64,000 bases of DNA from Naegleria gruberi (taxonomy: Eukaryota), in NCBI GenBank assembly GCA_000004985.1, contig GG738869.1; one strand, 5' to 3'. Below, in pieces: positions 48,001 through 61,572 of the stretch. The position numbers and the translations under genes were made by a program. Within the stretch, counting starts at the first letter, position 1. Each line of letters starts with the position of its first letter. The notes under the pieces were generated by a model. The model searched no databases. It had not been told where the DNA came from and saw only the letters and a program-made list of their open reading frames with translations.

Positions 48001-51000
48001 NNNNNNNNNNNNNNNNNNNNNNNNNNNNNNNNNNNNNNNNNNNNNNNNNNNNNNNNNNNNNNNNNNNNNNNNNNNNNNNNNNNNNNNNNNNNNNNNNNNN
48101 NNNNNNNNNNNNNNNNNNNNNNNNNNNNNNNNNNNNNNNNNNNNNNNNNNNNNNNNNNNNNNNNNNNNNNNNNNNNNNNNNNNNNNNNNNNNNNNNNNNN
48201 NNNNNNNNNNNNNNNNNNNNNNNNNNNNNNNNNNNNNNNNNNNNNNNNNNNNNNNNNNNNNNNNNNNNNNNNNNNNNNNNNNNNNNNNNNNNNNNNNNNN
48301 NNNNNNNNNNNNNNNNNNNNNNNNNNNNNNNNNNNNNNNNNNNNNNNNNNNNNNNNNNNNNNNNNNNNNNNNNNNNNNNNNNNNNNNNNNNNNNNNNNNN
48401 NNNNNNNNNNNNNNNNNNNNNNNNNNNNNNNNNNNNNNNNNNNNNNNNNNNNNNNNNNNNNNNNNNNNNNNNNNNNNNNNNNNNNNNNNNNNNNNNNNNN
48501 NNNNNNNNNNNNNNNNNNNNNNNNNNNNNNNNNNNNNNNNNNNNNNNNNNNNNNNNNNNNNNNNNNNNNNNNNNNNNNNNNNNNNNNNNNNNNNNNNNNN
48601 NNNNNNNNNNNNNNNNNNNNNNNNNNNNNNNNNNNNNNNNNNNNNNNNNNNNNNNNNNNNNNNNNNNNNNNNNNNNNNNNNNNNNNNNNNNNNNNNNNNN
48701 NNNNNNNNNNNNNNNNNNNNNNNNNNNNNNNNNNNNNNNNNNNNNNNNNNNNNNNNNNNNNNNNNNNNNNNNNNNNNNNNNNNNNNNNNNNNNNNNNNNN
48801 NNNNNNNNNNNNNNNNNNNNNNNNNNNNNNNNNNNNNNNNNNNNNNNNNNNNNNNNNNNNNNNNNNNNNNNNNNNNNNNNNNNNNNNNNNNNNNNNNNNN
48901 NNNNNNNNNNNNNNNNNNNNNNNNNNNNNNNNNNNNNNNNNNNNNNNNNNNNNNNNNNNNNNNNNNNNNNNNNNNNNNNNNNNNNNNNNNNNNNNNNNNN
49001 NNNNNNNNNNNNNNNNNNNNNNNNNNNNNNNNNNNNNNNNNNNNNNNNNNNNNNNNNNNNNNNNNNNNNNNNNNNNNNNNNNNNNNNNNNNNNNNNNNNN
49101 NNNNNNNNNNNNNNNNNNNNNNNNNNNNNNNNNNNNNNNNNNNNNNNNNNNNNNNNNNNNNNNNNNNNNNNNNNNNNNNNNNNNNNNNNNNNNNNNNNNN
49201 NNNNNNNNNNNNNNNNNNNNNNNNNNNNNNNNNNNNNNNNNNNNNNNNNNNNNNNNNNNNNNNNNNNNNNNNNNNNNNNNNNNNNNNNNNNNNNNNNNNN
49301 NNNNNNNNNNNNNNNNNNNNNNNNNNNNNNNNNNNNNNNNNNNNNNNNNNNNNNNNNNNNNNNNNNNNNNNNNNNNNNNNNNNNNNNNNNNNNNNNNNNN
49401 NNNNNNNNNNNNNNNNNNNNNNNNNNNNNNNNNNNNNNNNNNNNNNNNNNNNNNNNNNNNNNNNNNNNNNNNNNNNNNNNNNNNNNNNNNNNNNNNNNNN
49501 NNNNNNNNNNNNNNNNNNNNNNNNNNNNNNNNNNNNNNNNNNNNNNNNNNNNNNNNNNNNNNNNNNNNNNNNNNNNNNNNNNNNNNNNNNNNNNNNNNNN
49601 NNNNNNNNNNNNNNNNNNNNNNNNNNNNNNNNNNNNNNNNNNNNNNNNNNNNNNNNNNNNNNNNNNNNNNNNNNNNNNNNNNNNNNNNNNNNNNNNNNNN
49701 NNNNNNNNNNNNNNNNNNNNNNNNNNNNNNNNNNNNNNNNNNNNNNNNNNNNNNNNNNNNNNNNNNNNNNNNNNNNNNNNNNNNNNNNNNNNNNNNNNNN
49801 NNNNNNNNNNNNNNNNNNNNNNNNNNNNNNNNNNNNNNNNNNNNNNNNNNNNNNNNNNNNNNNNNNNNNNNNNNNNNNNNNNNNNNNNNNNNNNNNNNNN
49901 NNNNNNNNNNNNNNNNNNNNNNNNNNNNNNNNNNNNNNNNNNNNNNNNNNNNNNNNNNNNNNNNNNNNNNNNNNNNNNNNNNNNNNNNNNNNNNNNNNNN
50001 NNNNNNNNNNNNNNNNNNNNNNNNNNNNNNNNNNNNNNNNNNNNNNNNNNNNNNNNNNNNNNNNNNNNNNNNNNNNNNNNNNNNNNNNNNNNNNNNNNNN
50101 NNNNNNNNNNNNNNNNNNNNNNNNNNNNNNNNNNNNNNNNNNNNNNNNNNNNNNNNNNNNNNNNNNNNNNNNNNNNNNNNNNNNNNNNNNNNNNNNNNNN
50201 NNNNNNNNNNNNNNNNNNNNNNNNNNNNNNNNNNNNNNNNNNNNNNNNNNNNNNNNNNNNNNNNNNNNNNNNNNNNNNNNNNNNNNNNNNNNNNNNNNNN
50301 NNNNNNNNNNNNNNNNNNNNNNNNNNNNNNNNNNNNNNNNNNNNNNNNNNNNNNNNNNNNNNNNNNNNNNNNNNNNNNNNNNNNNNNNNNNNNNNNNNNN
50401 NNNNNNNNNNNNNNNNNNNNNNNNNNNNNNNNNNNNNNNNNNNNNNNNNNNNNNNNNNNNNNNNNNNNNNNNNNNNNNNNNNNNNNNNNNNNNNNNNNNN
50501 NNNNNNNNNNNNNNNNNNNNNNNNNNNNNNNNNNNNNNNNNNNNNNNNNNNNNNNNNNNNNNNNNNNNNNNNNNNNNNNNNNNNNNNNNNNNNNNNNNNN
50601 NNNNNNNNNNNNNNNNNNNNNNNNNNNNNNNNNNNNNNNNNNNNNNNNNNNNNNNNNNNNNNNNNNNNNNNNNNNNNNNNNNNNNNNNNNNNNNNNNNNN
50701 NNNNNNNNNNNNNNNNNNNNNNNNNNNNNNNNNNNNNNNNNNNNNNNNNNNNNNNNNNNNNNNNNNNNNNNNNNNNNNNNNNNNNNNNNNNNNNNNNNNN
50801 NNNNNNNNNNNNNNNNNNNNNNNNNNNNNNNNNNNNNNNNNNNNNNNNNNNNNNNNNNNNNNNNNNNNNNNNNNNNNNNNNNNNNNNNNNNNNNNNNNNN
50901 NNNNNNNNNNNNNNNNNNNNNNNNNNNNNNNNNNNNNNNNNNNNNNNNNNNNNNNNNNNNNNNNNNNNNNNNNNNNNNNNNNNNNNNNNNNNNNNNNNNN

Positions 51001-54000
51001 NNNNNNNNNNNNNNNNNNNNNNNNNNNNNNNNNNNNNNNNNNNNNNNNNNNNNNNNNNNNNNNNNNNNNNNNNNNNNNNNNNNNNNNNNNNNNNNNNNNN
51101 NNNNNNNNNNNNNNNNNNNNNNNNNNNNNNNNNNNNNNNNNNNNNNNNNNNNNNNNNNNNNNNNNNNNNNNNNNNNNNNNNNNNNNNNNNNNNNNNNNNN
51201 NNNNNNNNNNNNNNNNNNNNNNNNNNNNNNNNNNNNNNNNNNNNNNNNNNNNNNNNNNNNNNNNNNNNNNNNNNNNNNNNNNNNNNNNNNNNNNNNNNNN
51301 NNNNNNNNNNNNNNNNNNNNNNNNNNNNNNNNNNNNNNNNNNNNNNNNNNNNNNNNNNNNNNNNNNNNNNNNNNNNNNNNNNNNNNNNNNNNNNNNNNNN
51401 NNNNNNNNNNNNNNNNNNNNNNNNNNNNNNNNNNNNNNNNNNNNNNNNNNNNNNNNNNNNNNNNNNNNNNNNNNNNNNNNNNNNNNNNNNNNNNNNNNNN
51501 NNNNNNNNNNNNNNNNNNNNNNNNNNNNNNNNNNNNNNNNNNNNNNNNNNNNNNNNNNNNNNNNNNNNNNNNNNNNNNNNNNNNNNNNNNNNNNNNNNNN
51601 NNNNNNNNNNNNNNNNNNNNNNNNNNNNNNNNNNNNNNNNNNNNNNNNNNNNNNNNNNNNNNNNNNNNNNNNNNNNNNNNNNNNNNNNNNNNNNNNNNNN
51701 NNNNNNNNNNNNNNNNNNNNNNNNNNNNNNNNNNNNNNNNNNNNNNNNNNNNNNNNNNNNNNNNNNNNNNNNNNNNNNNNNNNNNNNNNNNNNNNNNNNN
51801 NNNNNNNNNNNNNNNNNNNNNNNNNNNNNNNNNNNNNNNNNNNNNNNNNNNNNNNNNNNNNNNNNNNNNNNNNNNNNNNNNNNNNNNNNNNNNNNNNNNN
51901 NNNNNNNNNNNNNNNNNNNNNNNNNNNNNNNNNNNNNNNNNNNNNNNNNNNNNNNNNNNNNNNNNNNNNNNNNNNNNNNNNNNNNNNNNNNNNNNNNNNN
52001 NNNNNNNNNNNNNNNNNNNNNNNNNNNNNNNNNNNNNNNNNNNNNNNNNNNNNNNNNNNNNNNNNNNNNNNNNNNNNNNNNNNNNNNNNNNNNNNNNNNN
52101 NNNNNNNNNNNNNNNNNNNNNNNNNNNNNNNNNNNNNNNNNNNNNNNNNNNNNNNNNNNNNNNNNNNNNNNNNNNNNNNNNNNNNNNNNNNNNNNNNNNN
52201 NNNNNNNNNNNNNNNNNNNNNNNNNNNNNNNNNNNNNNNNNNNNNNNNNNNNNNNNNNNNNNNNNNNNNNNNNNNNNNNNNNNNNNNNNNNNNNNNNNNN
52301 NNNNNNNNNNNNNNNNNNNNNNNNNNNNNNNNNNNNNNNNNNNNNNNNNNNNNNNNNNNNNNNNNNNNNNNNNNNNNNNNNNNNNNNNNNNNNNNNNNNN
52401 NNNNNNNNNNNNNNNNNNNNNNNNNNNNNNNNNNNNNNNNNNNNNNNNNNNNNNNNNNNNNNNNNNNNNNNNNNNNNNNNNNNNNNNNNNNNNNNNNNNN
52501 NNNNNNNNNNNNNNNNNNNNNNNNNNNNNNNNNNNNNNNNNNNNNNNNNNNNNNNNNNNNNNNNNNNNNNNNNNNNNNNNNNNNNNNNNNNNNNNNNNNN
52601 NNNNNNNNNNNNNNNNNNNNNNNNNNNNNNNNNNNNNNNNNNNNNNNNNNNNNNNNNNNNNNNNNNNNNNNNNNNNNNNNNNNNNNNNNNNNNNNNNNNN
52701 NNNNNNNNNNNNNNNNNNNNNNNNNNNNNNNNNNNNNNNNNNNNNNNNNNNNNNNNNNNNNNNNNNNNNNNNNNNNNNNNNNNNNNNNNNNNNNNNNNNN
52801 NNNNNNNNNNNNNNNNNNNNNNNNNNNNNNNNNNNNNNNNNNNNNNNNNNNNNNNNNNNNNNNNNNNNNNNNNNNNNNNNNNNNNNNNNNNNNNNNNNNN
52901 NNNNNNNNNNNNNNNNNNNNNNNNNNNNNNNNNNNNNNNNNNNNNNNNNNNNNNNNNNNNNNNNNNNNNNNNNNNNNNNNNNNNNNNNNNNNNNNNNNNN
53001 NNNNNNNNNNNNNNNNNNNNNNNNNNNNNNNNNNNNNNNNNNNNNNNNNNNNNNNNNNNNNNNNNNNNNNNNNNNNNNNNNNNNNNNNNNNNNNNNNNNN
53101 NNNNNNNNNNNNNNNNNNNNNNNNNNNNNNNNNNNNNNNNNNNNNNNNNNNNNNNNNNNNNNNNNNNNNNNNNNNNNNNNNNNNNNNNNNNNNNNNNNNN
53201 NNNNNNNNNNNNNNNNNNNNNNNNNNNNNNNNNNNNNNNNNNNNNNNNNNNNNNNNNNNNNNNNNNNNNNNNNNNNNNNNNNNNNNNNNNNNNNNNNNNN
53301 NNNNNNNNNNNNNNNNNNNNNNNNNNNNNNNNNNNNNNNNNNNNNNNNNNNNNNNNNNNNNNNNNNNNNNNNNNNNNNNNNNNNNNNNNNNNNNNNNNNN
53401 NNNNNNNNNNNNNNNNNNNNNNNNNNNNNNNNNNNNNNNNNNNNNNNNNNNNNNNNNNNNNNNNNNNNNNNNNNNNNNNNNNNNNNNNNNNNNNNNNNNN
53501 NNNNNNNNNNNNNNNNNNNNNNNNNNNNNNNNNNNNNNNNNNNNNNNNNNNNNNNNNNNNNNNNNNNNNNNNNNNNNNNNNNNNNNNNNNNNNNNNNNNN
53601 NNNNNNNNNNNNNNNNNNNNNNNNNNNNNNNNNNNNNNNNNNNNNNNNNNNNNNNNNNNNNNNNNNNNNNNNNNNNNNNNNNNNNNNNNNNNNNNNNNNN
53701 NNNNNNNNNNNNNNNNNNNNNNNNNNNNNNNNNNNNNNNNNNNNNNNNNNNNNNNNNNNNNNNNNNNNNNNNNNNNNNNNNNNNNNNNNNNNNNNNNNNN
53801 NNNNNNNNNNNNNNNNNNNNNNNNNNNNNNNNNNNNNNNNNNNNNNNNNNNNNNNNNNNNNNNNNNNNNNNNNNNNNNNNNNNNNNNNNNNNNNNNNNNN
53901 NNNNNNNNNNNNNNNNNNNNNNNNNNNNNNNNNNNNNNNNNNNNNNNNNNNNNNNNNNNNNNNNNNNNNNNNNNNNNNNNNNNNNNNNNNNNNNNNNNNN

Positions 54001-57000
54001 NNNNNNNNNNNNNNNNNNNNNNNNNNNNNNNNNNNNNNNNNNNNNNNNNNNNNNNNNNNNNNNNNNNNNNNNNNNNNNNNNNNNNNNNNNNNNNNNNNNN
54101 NNNNNNNNNNNNNNNNNNNNNNNNNNNNNNNNNNNNNNNNNNNNNNNNNNNNNNNNNNNNNNNNNNNNNNNNNNNNNNNNNNNNNNNNNNNNNNNNNNNN
54201 NNNNNNNNNNNNNNNNNNNNNNNNNNNNNNNNNNNNNNNNNNNNNNNNNNNNNNNNNNNNNNNNNNNNNNNNNNNNNNNNNNNNNNNNNNNNNNNNNNNN
54301 NNNNNNNNNNNNNNNNNNNNNNNNNNNNNNNNNNNNNNNNNNNNNNNNNNNNNNNNNNNNNNNNNNNNNNNNNNNNNNNNNNNNNNNNNNNNNNNNNNNN
54401 NNNNNNNNNNNNNNNNNNNNNNNNNNNNNNNNNNNNNNNNNNNNNNNNNNNNNNNNNNNNNNNNNNNNNNNNNNNNNNNNNNNNNNNNNNNNNNNNNNNN
54501 NNNNNNNNNNNNNNNNNNNNNNNNNNNNNNNNNNNNNNNNNNNNNNNNNNNNNNNNNNNNNNNNNNNNNNNNNNNNNNNNNNNNNNNNNNNNNNNNNNNN
54601 NNNNNNNNNNNNNNNNNNNNNNNNNNNNNNNNNNNNNNNNNNNNNNNNNNNNNNNNNNNNNNNNNNNNNNNNNNNNNNNNNNNNNNNNNNNNNNNNNNNN
54701 NNNNNNNNNNNNNNNNNNNNNNNNNNNNNNNNNNNNNNNNNNNNNNNNNNNNNNNNNNNNNNNNNNNNNNNNNNNNNNNNNNNNNNNNNNNNNNNNNNNN
54801 NNNNNNNNNNNNNNNNNNNNNNNNNNNNNNNNNNNNNNNNNNNNNNNNNNNNNNNNNNNNNNNNNNNNNNNNNNNNNNNNNNNNNNNNNNNNNNNNNNNN
54901 NNNNNNNNNNNNNNNNNNNNNNNNNNNNNNNNNNNNNNNNNNNNNNNNNNNNNNNNNNNNNNNNNNNNNNNNNNNNNNNNNNNNNNNNNNNNNNNNNNNN
55001 NNNNNNNNNNNNNNNNNNNNNNNNNNNNNNNNNNNNNNNNNNNNNNNNNNNNNNNNNNNNNNNNNNNNNNNNNNNNNNNNNNNNNNNNNNNNNNNNNNNN
55101 NNNNNNNNNNNNNNNNNNNNNNNNNNNNNNNNNNNNNNNNNNNNNNNNNNNNNNNNNNNNNNNNNNNNNNNNNNNNNNNNNNNNNNNNNNNNNNNNNNNN
55201 NNNNNNNNNNNNNNNNNNNNNNNNNNNNNNNNNNNNNNNNNNNNNNNNNNNNNNNNNNNNNNNNNNNNNNNNNNNNNNNNNNNNNNNNNNNNNNNNNNNN
55301 NNNNNNNNNNNNNNNNNNNNNNNNNNNNNNNNNNNNNNNNNNNNNNNNNNNNNNNNNNNNNNNNNNNNNNNNNNNNNNNNNNNNNNNNNNNNNNNNNNNN
55401 NNNNNNNNNNNNNNNNNNNNNNNNNNNNNNNNNNNNNNNNNNNNNNNNNNNNNNNNNNNNNNNNNNNNNNNNNNNNNNNNNNNNNNNNNNNNNNNNNNNN
55501 NNNNNNNNNNNNNNNNNNNNNNNNNNNNNNNNNNNNNNNNNNNNNNNNNNNNNNNNNNNNNNNNNNNNNNNNNNNNNNNNNNNNNNNNNNNNNNNNNNNN
55601 NNNNNNNNNNNNNNNNNNNNNNNNNNNNNNNNNNNNNNNNNNNNNNNNNNNNNNNNNNNNNNNNNNNNNNNNNNNNNNNNNNNNNNNNNNNNNNNNNNNN
55701 NNNNNNNNNNNNNNNNNNNNNNNNNNNNNNNNNNNNNNNNNNNNNNNNNNNNNNNNNNNNNNNNNNNNNNNNNNNNNNNNNNNNNNNNNNNNNNNNNNNN
55801 NNNNNNNNNNNNNNNNNNNNNNNNNNNNNNNNNNNNNNNNNNNNNNNNNNNNNNNNNNNNNNNNNNNNNNNNNNNNNNNNNNNNNNNNNNNNNNNNNNNN
55901 NNNNNNNNNNNNNNNNNNNNNNNNNNNNNNNNNNNNNNNNNNNNNNNNNNNNNNNNNNNNNNNNNNNNNNNNNNNNNNNNNNNNNNNNNNNNNNNNNNNN
56001 NNNNNNNNNNNNNNNNNNNNNNNNNNNNNNNNNNNNNNNNNNNNNNNNNNNNNNNNNNNNNNNNNNNNNNNNNNNNNNNNNNNNNNNNNNNNNNNNNNNN
56101 NNNNNNNNNNNNNNNNNNNNNNNNNNNNNNNNNNNNNNNNNNNNNNNNNNNNNNNNNNNNNNNNNNNNNNNNNNNNNNNNNNNNNNNNNNNNNNNNNNNN
56201 NNNNNNNNNNNNNNNNNNNNNNNNNNNNNNNNNNNNNNNNNNNNNNNNNNNNNNNNNNNNNNNNNNNNNNNNNNNNNNNNNNNNNNNNNNNNNNNNNNNN
56301 NNNNNNNNNNNNNNNNNNNNNNNNNNNNNNNNNNNNNNNNNNNNNNNNNNNNNNNNNNNNNNNNNNNNNNNNNNNNNNNNNNNNNNNNNNNNNNNNNNNN
56401 NNNNNNNNNNNNNNNNNNNNNNNNNNNNNNNNNNNNNNNNNNNNNNNNNNNNNNNNNNNNNNNNNNNNNNNNNNNNNNNNNNNNNNNNNNNNNNNNNNNN
56501 NNNNNNNNNNNNNNNNNNNNNNNNNNNNNNNNNNNNNNNNNNNNNNNNNNNNNNNNNNNNNNNNNNNNNNNNNNNNNNNNNNNNNNNNNNNNNNNNNNNN
56601 NNNNNNNNNNNNNNNNNNNNNNNNNNNNNNNNNNNNNNNNNNNNNNNNNNNNNNNNNNNNNNNNNNNNNNNNNNNNNNNNNNNNNNNNNNNNNNNNNNNN
56701 NNNNNNNNNNNNNNNNNNNNNNNNNNNNNNNNNNNNNNNNNNNNNNNNNNNNNNNNNNNNNNNNNNNNNNNNNNNNNNNNNNNNNNNNNNNNNNNNNNNN
56801 NNNNNNNNNNNNNNNNNNNNNNNNNNNNNNNNNNNNNNNNNNNNNNNNNNNNNNNNNNNNNNNNNNNNNNNNNNNNNNNNNNNNNNNNNNNNNNNNNNNN
56901 NNNNNNNNNNNNNNNNNNNNNNNNNNNNNNNNNNNNNNNNNNNNNNNNNNNNNNNNNNNNNNNNNNNNNNNNNNNNNNNNNNNNNNNNNNNNNNNNNNNN

Positions 57001-60000
57001 NNNNNNNNNNNNNNNNNNNNNNNNNNNNNNNNNNNNNNNNNNNNNNNNNNNNNNNNNNNNNNNNNNNNNNNNNNNNNNNNNNNNNNNNNNNNNNNNNNNN
57101 NNNNNNNNNNNNNNNNNNNNNNNNNNNNNNNNNNNNNNNNNNNNNNNNNNNNNNNNNNNNNNNNNNNNNNNNNNNNNNNNNNNNNNNNNNNNNNNNNNNN
57201 NNNNNNNNNNNNNNNNNNNNNNNNNNNNNNNNNNNNNNNNNNNNNNNNNNNNNNNNNNNNNNNNNNNNNNNNNNNNNNNNNNNNNNNNNNNNNNNNNNNN
57301 NNNNNNNNNNNNNNNNNNNNNNNNNNNNNNNNNNNNNNNNNNNNNNNNNNNNNNNNNNNNNNNNNNNNNNNNNNNNNNNNNNNNNNNNNNNNNNNNNNNN
57401 NNNNNNNNNNNNNNNNNNNNNNNNNNNNNNNNNNNNNNNNNNNNNNNNNNNNNNNNNNNNNNNNNNNNNNNNNNNNNNNNNNNNNNNNNNNNNNNNNNNN
57501 NNNNNNNNNNNNNNNNNNNNNNNNNNNNNNNNNNNNNNNNNNNNNNNNNNNNNNNNNNNNNNNNNNNNNNNNNNNNNNNNNNNNNNNNNNNNNNNNNNNN
57601 NNNNNNNNNNNNNNNNNNNNNNNNNNNNNNNNNNNNNNNNNNNNNNNNNNNNNNNNNNNNNNNNNNNNNNNNNNNNNNNNNNNNNNNNNNNNNNNNNNNN
57701 NNNNNNNNNNNNNNNNNNNNNNNNNNNNNNNNNNNNNNNNNNNNNNNNNNNNNNNNNNNNNNNNNNNNNNNNNNNNNNNNNNNNNNNNNNNNNNNNNNNN
57801 NNNNNNNNNNNNNNNNNNNNNNNNNNNNNNNNNNNNNNNNNNNNNNNNNNNNNNNNNNNNNNNNNNNNNNNNNNNNNNNNNNNNNNNNNNNNNNNNNNNN
57901 NNNNNNNNNNNNNNNNNNNNNNNNNNNNNNNNNNNNNNNNNNNNNNNNNNNNNNNNNNNNNNNNNNNNNNNNNNNNNNNNNNNNNNNNNNNNNNNNNNNN
58001 NNNNNNNNNNNNNNNNNNNNNNNNNNNNNNNNNNNNNNNNNNNNNNNNNNNNNNNNNNNNNNNNNNNNNNNNNNNNNNNNNNNNNNNNNNNNNNNNNNNN
58101 NNNNNNNNNNNNNNNNNNNNNNNNNNNNNNNNNNNNNNNNNNNNNNNNNNNNNNNNNNNNNNNNNNNNNNNNNNNNNNNNNNNNNNNNNNNNNNNNNNNN
58201 NNNNNNNNNNNNNNNNNNNNNNNNNNNNNNNNNNNNNNNNNNNNNNNNNNNNNNNNNNNNNNNNNNNNNNNNNNNNNNNNNNNNNNNNNNNNNNNNNNNN
58301 NNNNNNNNNNNNNNNNNNNNNNNNNNNNNNNNNNNNNNNNNNNNNNNNNNNNNNNNNNNNNNNNNNNNNNNNNNNNNNNNNNNNNNNNNNNNNNNNNNNN
58401 NNNNNNNNNNNNNNNNNNNNNNNNNNNNNNNNNNNNNNNNNNNNNNNNNNNNNNNNNNNNNNNNNNNNNNNNNNNNNNNNNNNNNNNNNNNNNNNNNNNN
58501 NNNNNNNNNNNNNNNNNNNNNNNNNNNNNNNNNNNNNNNNNNNNNNNNNNNNNNNNNNNNNNNNNNNNNNNNNNNNNNNNNNNNNNNNNNNNNNNNNNNN
58601 NNNNNNNNNNNNNNNNNNNNNNNNNNNNNNNNNNNNNNNNNNNNNNNNNNNNNNNNNNNNNNNNNNNNNNNNNNNNNNNNNNNNNNNNNNNNNNNNNNNN
58701 NNNNNNNNNNNNNNNNNNNNNNNNNNNNNNNNNNNNNNNNNNNNNNNNNNNNNNNNNNNNNNNNNNNNNNNNNNNNNNNNNNNNNNNNNNNNNNNNNNNN
58801 NNNNNNNNNNNNNNNNNNNNNNNNNNNNNNNNNNNNNNNNNNNNNNNNNNNNNNNNNNNNNNNNNNNNNNNNNNNNNNNNNNNNNNNNNNNNNNNNNNNN
58901 NNNNNNNNNNNNNNNNNNNNNNNNNNNNNNNNNNNNNNNNNNNNNNNNNNNNNNNNNNNNNNNNNNNNNNNNNNNNNNNNNNNNNNNNNNNNNNNNNNNN
59001 NNNNNNNNNNNNNNNNNNNNNNNNNNNNNNNNNNNNNNNNNNNNNNNNNNNNNNNNNNNNNNNNNNNNNNNNNNNNNNNNNNNNNNNNNNNNNNNNNNNN
59101 NNNNNNNNNNNNNNNNNNNNNNNNNNNNNNNNNNNNNNNNNNNNNNNNNNNNNNNNNNNNNNNNNNNNNNNNNNNNNNNNNNNNNNNNNNNNNNNNNNNN
59201 NNNNNNNNNNNNNNNNNNNNNNNNNNNNNNNNNNNNNNNNNNNNNNNNNNNNNNNNNNNNNNNNNNNNNNNNNNNNNNNNNNNNNNNNNNNNNNNNNNNN
59301 NNNNNNNNNNNNNNNNNNNNNNNNNNNNNNNNNNNNNNNNNNNNNNNNNNNNNNNNNNNNNNNNNNNNNNNNNNNNNNNNNNNNNNNNNNNNNNNNNNNN
59401 NNNNNNNNNNNNNNNNNNNNNNNNNNNNNNNNNNNNNNNNNNNNNNNNNNNNNNNNNNNNNNNNNNNNNNNNNNNNNNNNNNNNNNNNNNNNNNNNNNNN
59501 NNNNNNNNNNNNNNNNNNNNNNNNNNNNNNNNNNNNNNNNNNNNNNNNNNNNNNNNNNNNNNNNNNNNNNNNNNNNNNNNNNNNNNNNNNNNNNNNNNNN
59601 NNNNNNNNNNNNNNNNNNNNNNNNNNNNNNNNNNNNNNNNNNNNNNNNNNNNNNNNNNNNNNNNNNNNNNNNNNNNNNNNNNNNNNNNNNNNNNNNNNNN
59701 NNNNNNNNNNNNNNNNNNNNNNNNNNNNNNNNNNNNNNNNNNNNNNNNNNNNNNNNNNNNNNNNNNNNNNNNNNNNNNNNNNNNNNNNNNNNNNNNNNNN
59801 NNNNNNNNNNNNNNNNNNNNNNNNNNNNNNNNNNNNNNNNNNNNNNNNNNNNNNNNNNNNNNNNNNNNNNNNNNNNNNNNNNNNNNNNNNNNNNNNNNNN
59901 NNNNNNNNNNNNNNNNNNNNNNNNNNNNNNNNNNNNNNNNNNNNNNNNNNNNNNNNNNNNNNNNNNNNNNNNNNNNNNNNNNNNNNNNNNNNNNNNNNNN

Positions 60001-61572
60001 NNNNNNNNNNNNNNNNNNNNNNNNNNNNNNNNNNNNNNNNNNNNNNNNNNNNNNNNNNNNNNNNNNNNNNNNNNNNNNNNNNNNNNNNNNNNNNNNNNNN
60101 NNNNNNNNNNNNNNNNNNNNNNNNNNNNNNNNNNNNNNNNNNNNNNNNNNNNNNNNNNNNNNNNNNNNNNNNNNNNNNNNNNNNNNNNNNNNNNNNNNNN
60201 NNNNNNNNNNNNNNNNNNNNNNNNNNNNNNNNNNNNNNNNNNNNNNNNNNNNNNNNNNNNNNNNNNNNNNNNNNNNNNNNNNNNNNNNNNNNNNNNNNNN
60301 NNNNNNNNNNNNNNNNNNNNNNNNNNNNNNNNNNNNNNNNNNNNNNNNNNNNNNNNNNNNNNNNNNNNNNNNNNNNNNNNNNNNNNNNNNNNNNNNNNNN
60401 NNNNNNNNNNNNNNNNNNNNNNNNNNNNNNNNNNNNNNNNNNNNNNNNNNNNNNNNNNNNNNNNNNNNNNNNNNNNNNNNNNNNNNNNNNNNNNNNNNNN
60501 NNNNNNNNNNNNNNNNNNNNNNNNNNNNNNNNNNNNNNNNNNNNNNNNNNNNNNNNNNNNNNNNNNNNNNNNNNNNNNNNNNNNNNNNNNNNNNNNNNNN
60601 NNNNNNNNNNNNNNNNNNNNNNNNNNNNNNNNNNNNNNNNNNNNNNNNNNNNNNNNNNNNNNNNNNNNNNNNNNNNNNNNNNNNNNNNNNNNNNNNNNNN
60701 NNNNNNNNNNNNNNNNNNNNNNNNNNNNNNNNNNNNNNNNNNNNNNNNNNNNNNNNNNNNNNNNNNNNNNNNNNNNNNNNNNNNNNNNNNNNNNNNNNNN
60801 NNNNNNNNNNNNNNNNNNNNNNNNNNNNNNNNNNNNNNNNNNNNNNNNNNNNNNNNNNNNNNNNNNNNNNNNNNNNNNNNNNNNNNNNNNNNNNNNNNNN
60901 NNNNNNNNNNNNNNNNNNNNNNNNNNNNNNNNNNNNNNNNNNNNNNNNNNNNNNNNNNNNNNNNNNNNNNNNNNNNNNNNNNNNNNNNNNNNNNNNNNNN
61001 NNNNNNNNNNNNNNNNNNNNNNNNNNNNNNNNNNNNNNNNNNNNNNNNNNNNNNNNNNNNNNNNNNNNNNNNNNNNNNNNNNNNNNNNNNNNNNNNNNNN
61101 NNNNNNNNNNNNNNNNNNNNNNNNNNNNNNNNNNNNNNNNNNNNNNNNNNNNNNNNNNNNNNNNNNNNNNNNNNNNNNNNNNNNNNNNNNNNNNNNNNNN
61201 NNNNNNNNNNNNNNNNNNNNNNNNNNNNNNNNNNNNNNNNNNNNNNNNNNNNNNNNNNNNNNNNNNNNNNNNNNNNNNNNNNNNNNNNNNNNNNNNNNNN
61301 NNNNNNNNNNNNNNNNNNNNNNNNNNNNNNNNNNNNNNNNNNNNNNNNNNNNNNNNNNNNNNNNNNNNNNNNNNNNNNNNNNNNNNNNNNNNNNNNNNNN
61401 NNNNNNNNNNNNNNNNNNNNNNNNNNNNNNNNNNNNNNNNNNNNNNNNNNNNNNNNNNNNNNNNNNNNNNNNNNNNNNNNNNNNNNNNNNNNNNNNNNNN
61501 NNNNNNNNNNNNNNNNNNNNNNNNNNNNNNNNNNNNNNNNNNNNNNNNNNNNNNNNNNNNNNNNNNNNNNNN
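1..61572. other. Assembly gap: unbroken run of N. No sequence information is present.
   Basis: Every base from 1 to 61572 is 'n'. The first called base is t at 61573. Confidence 1.
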
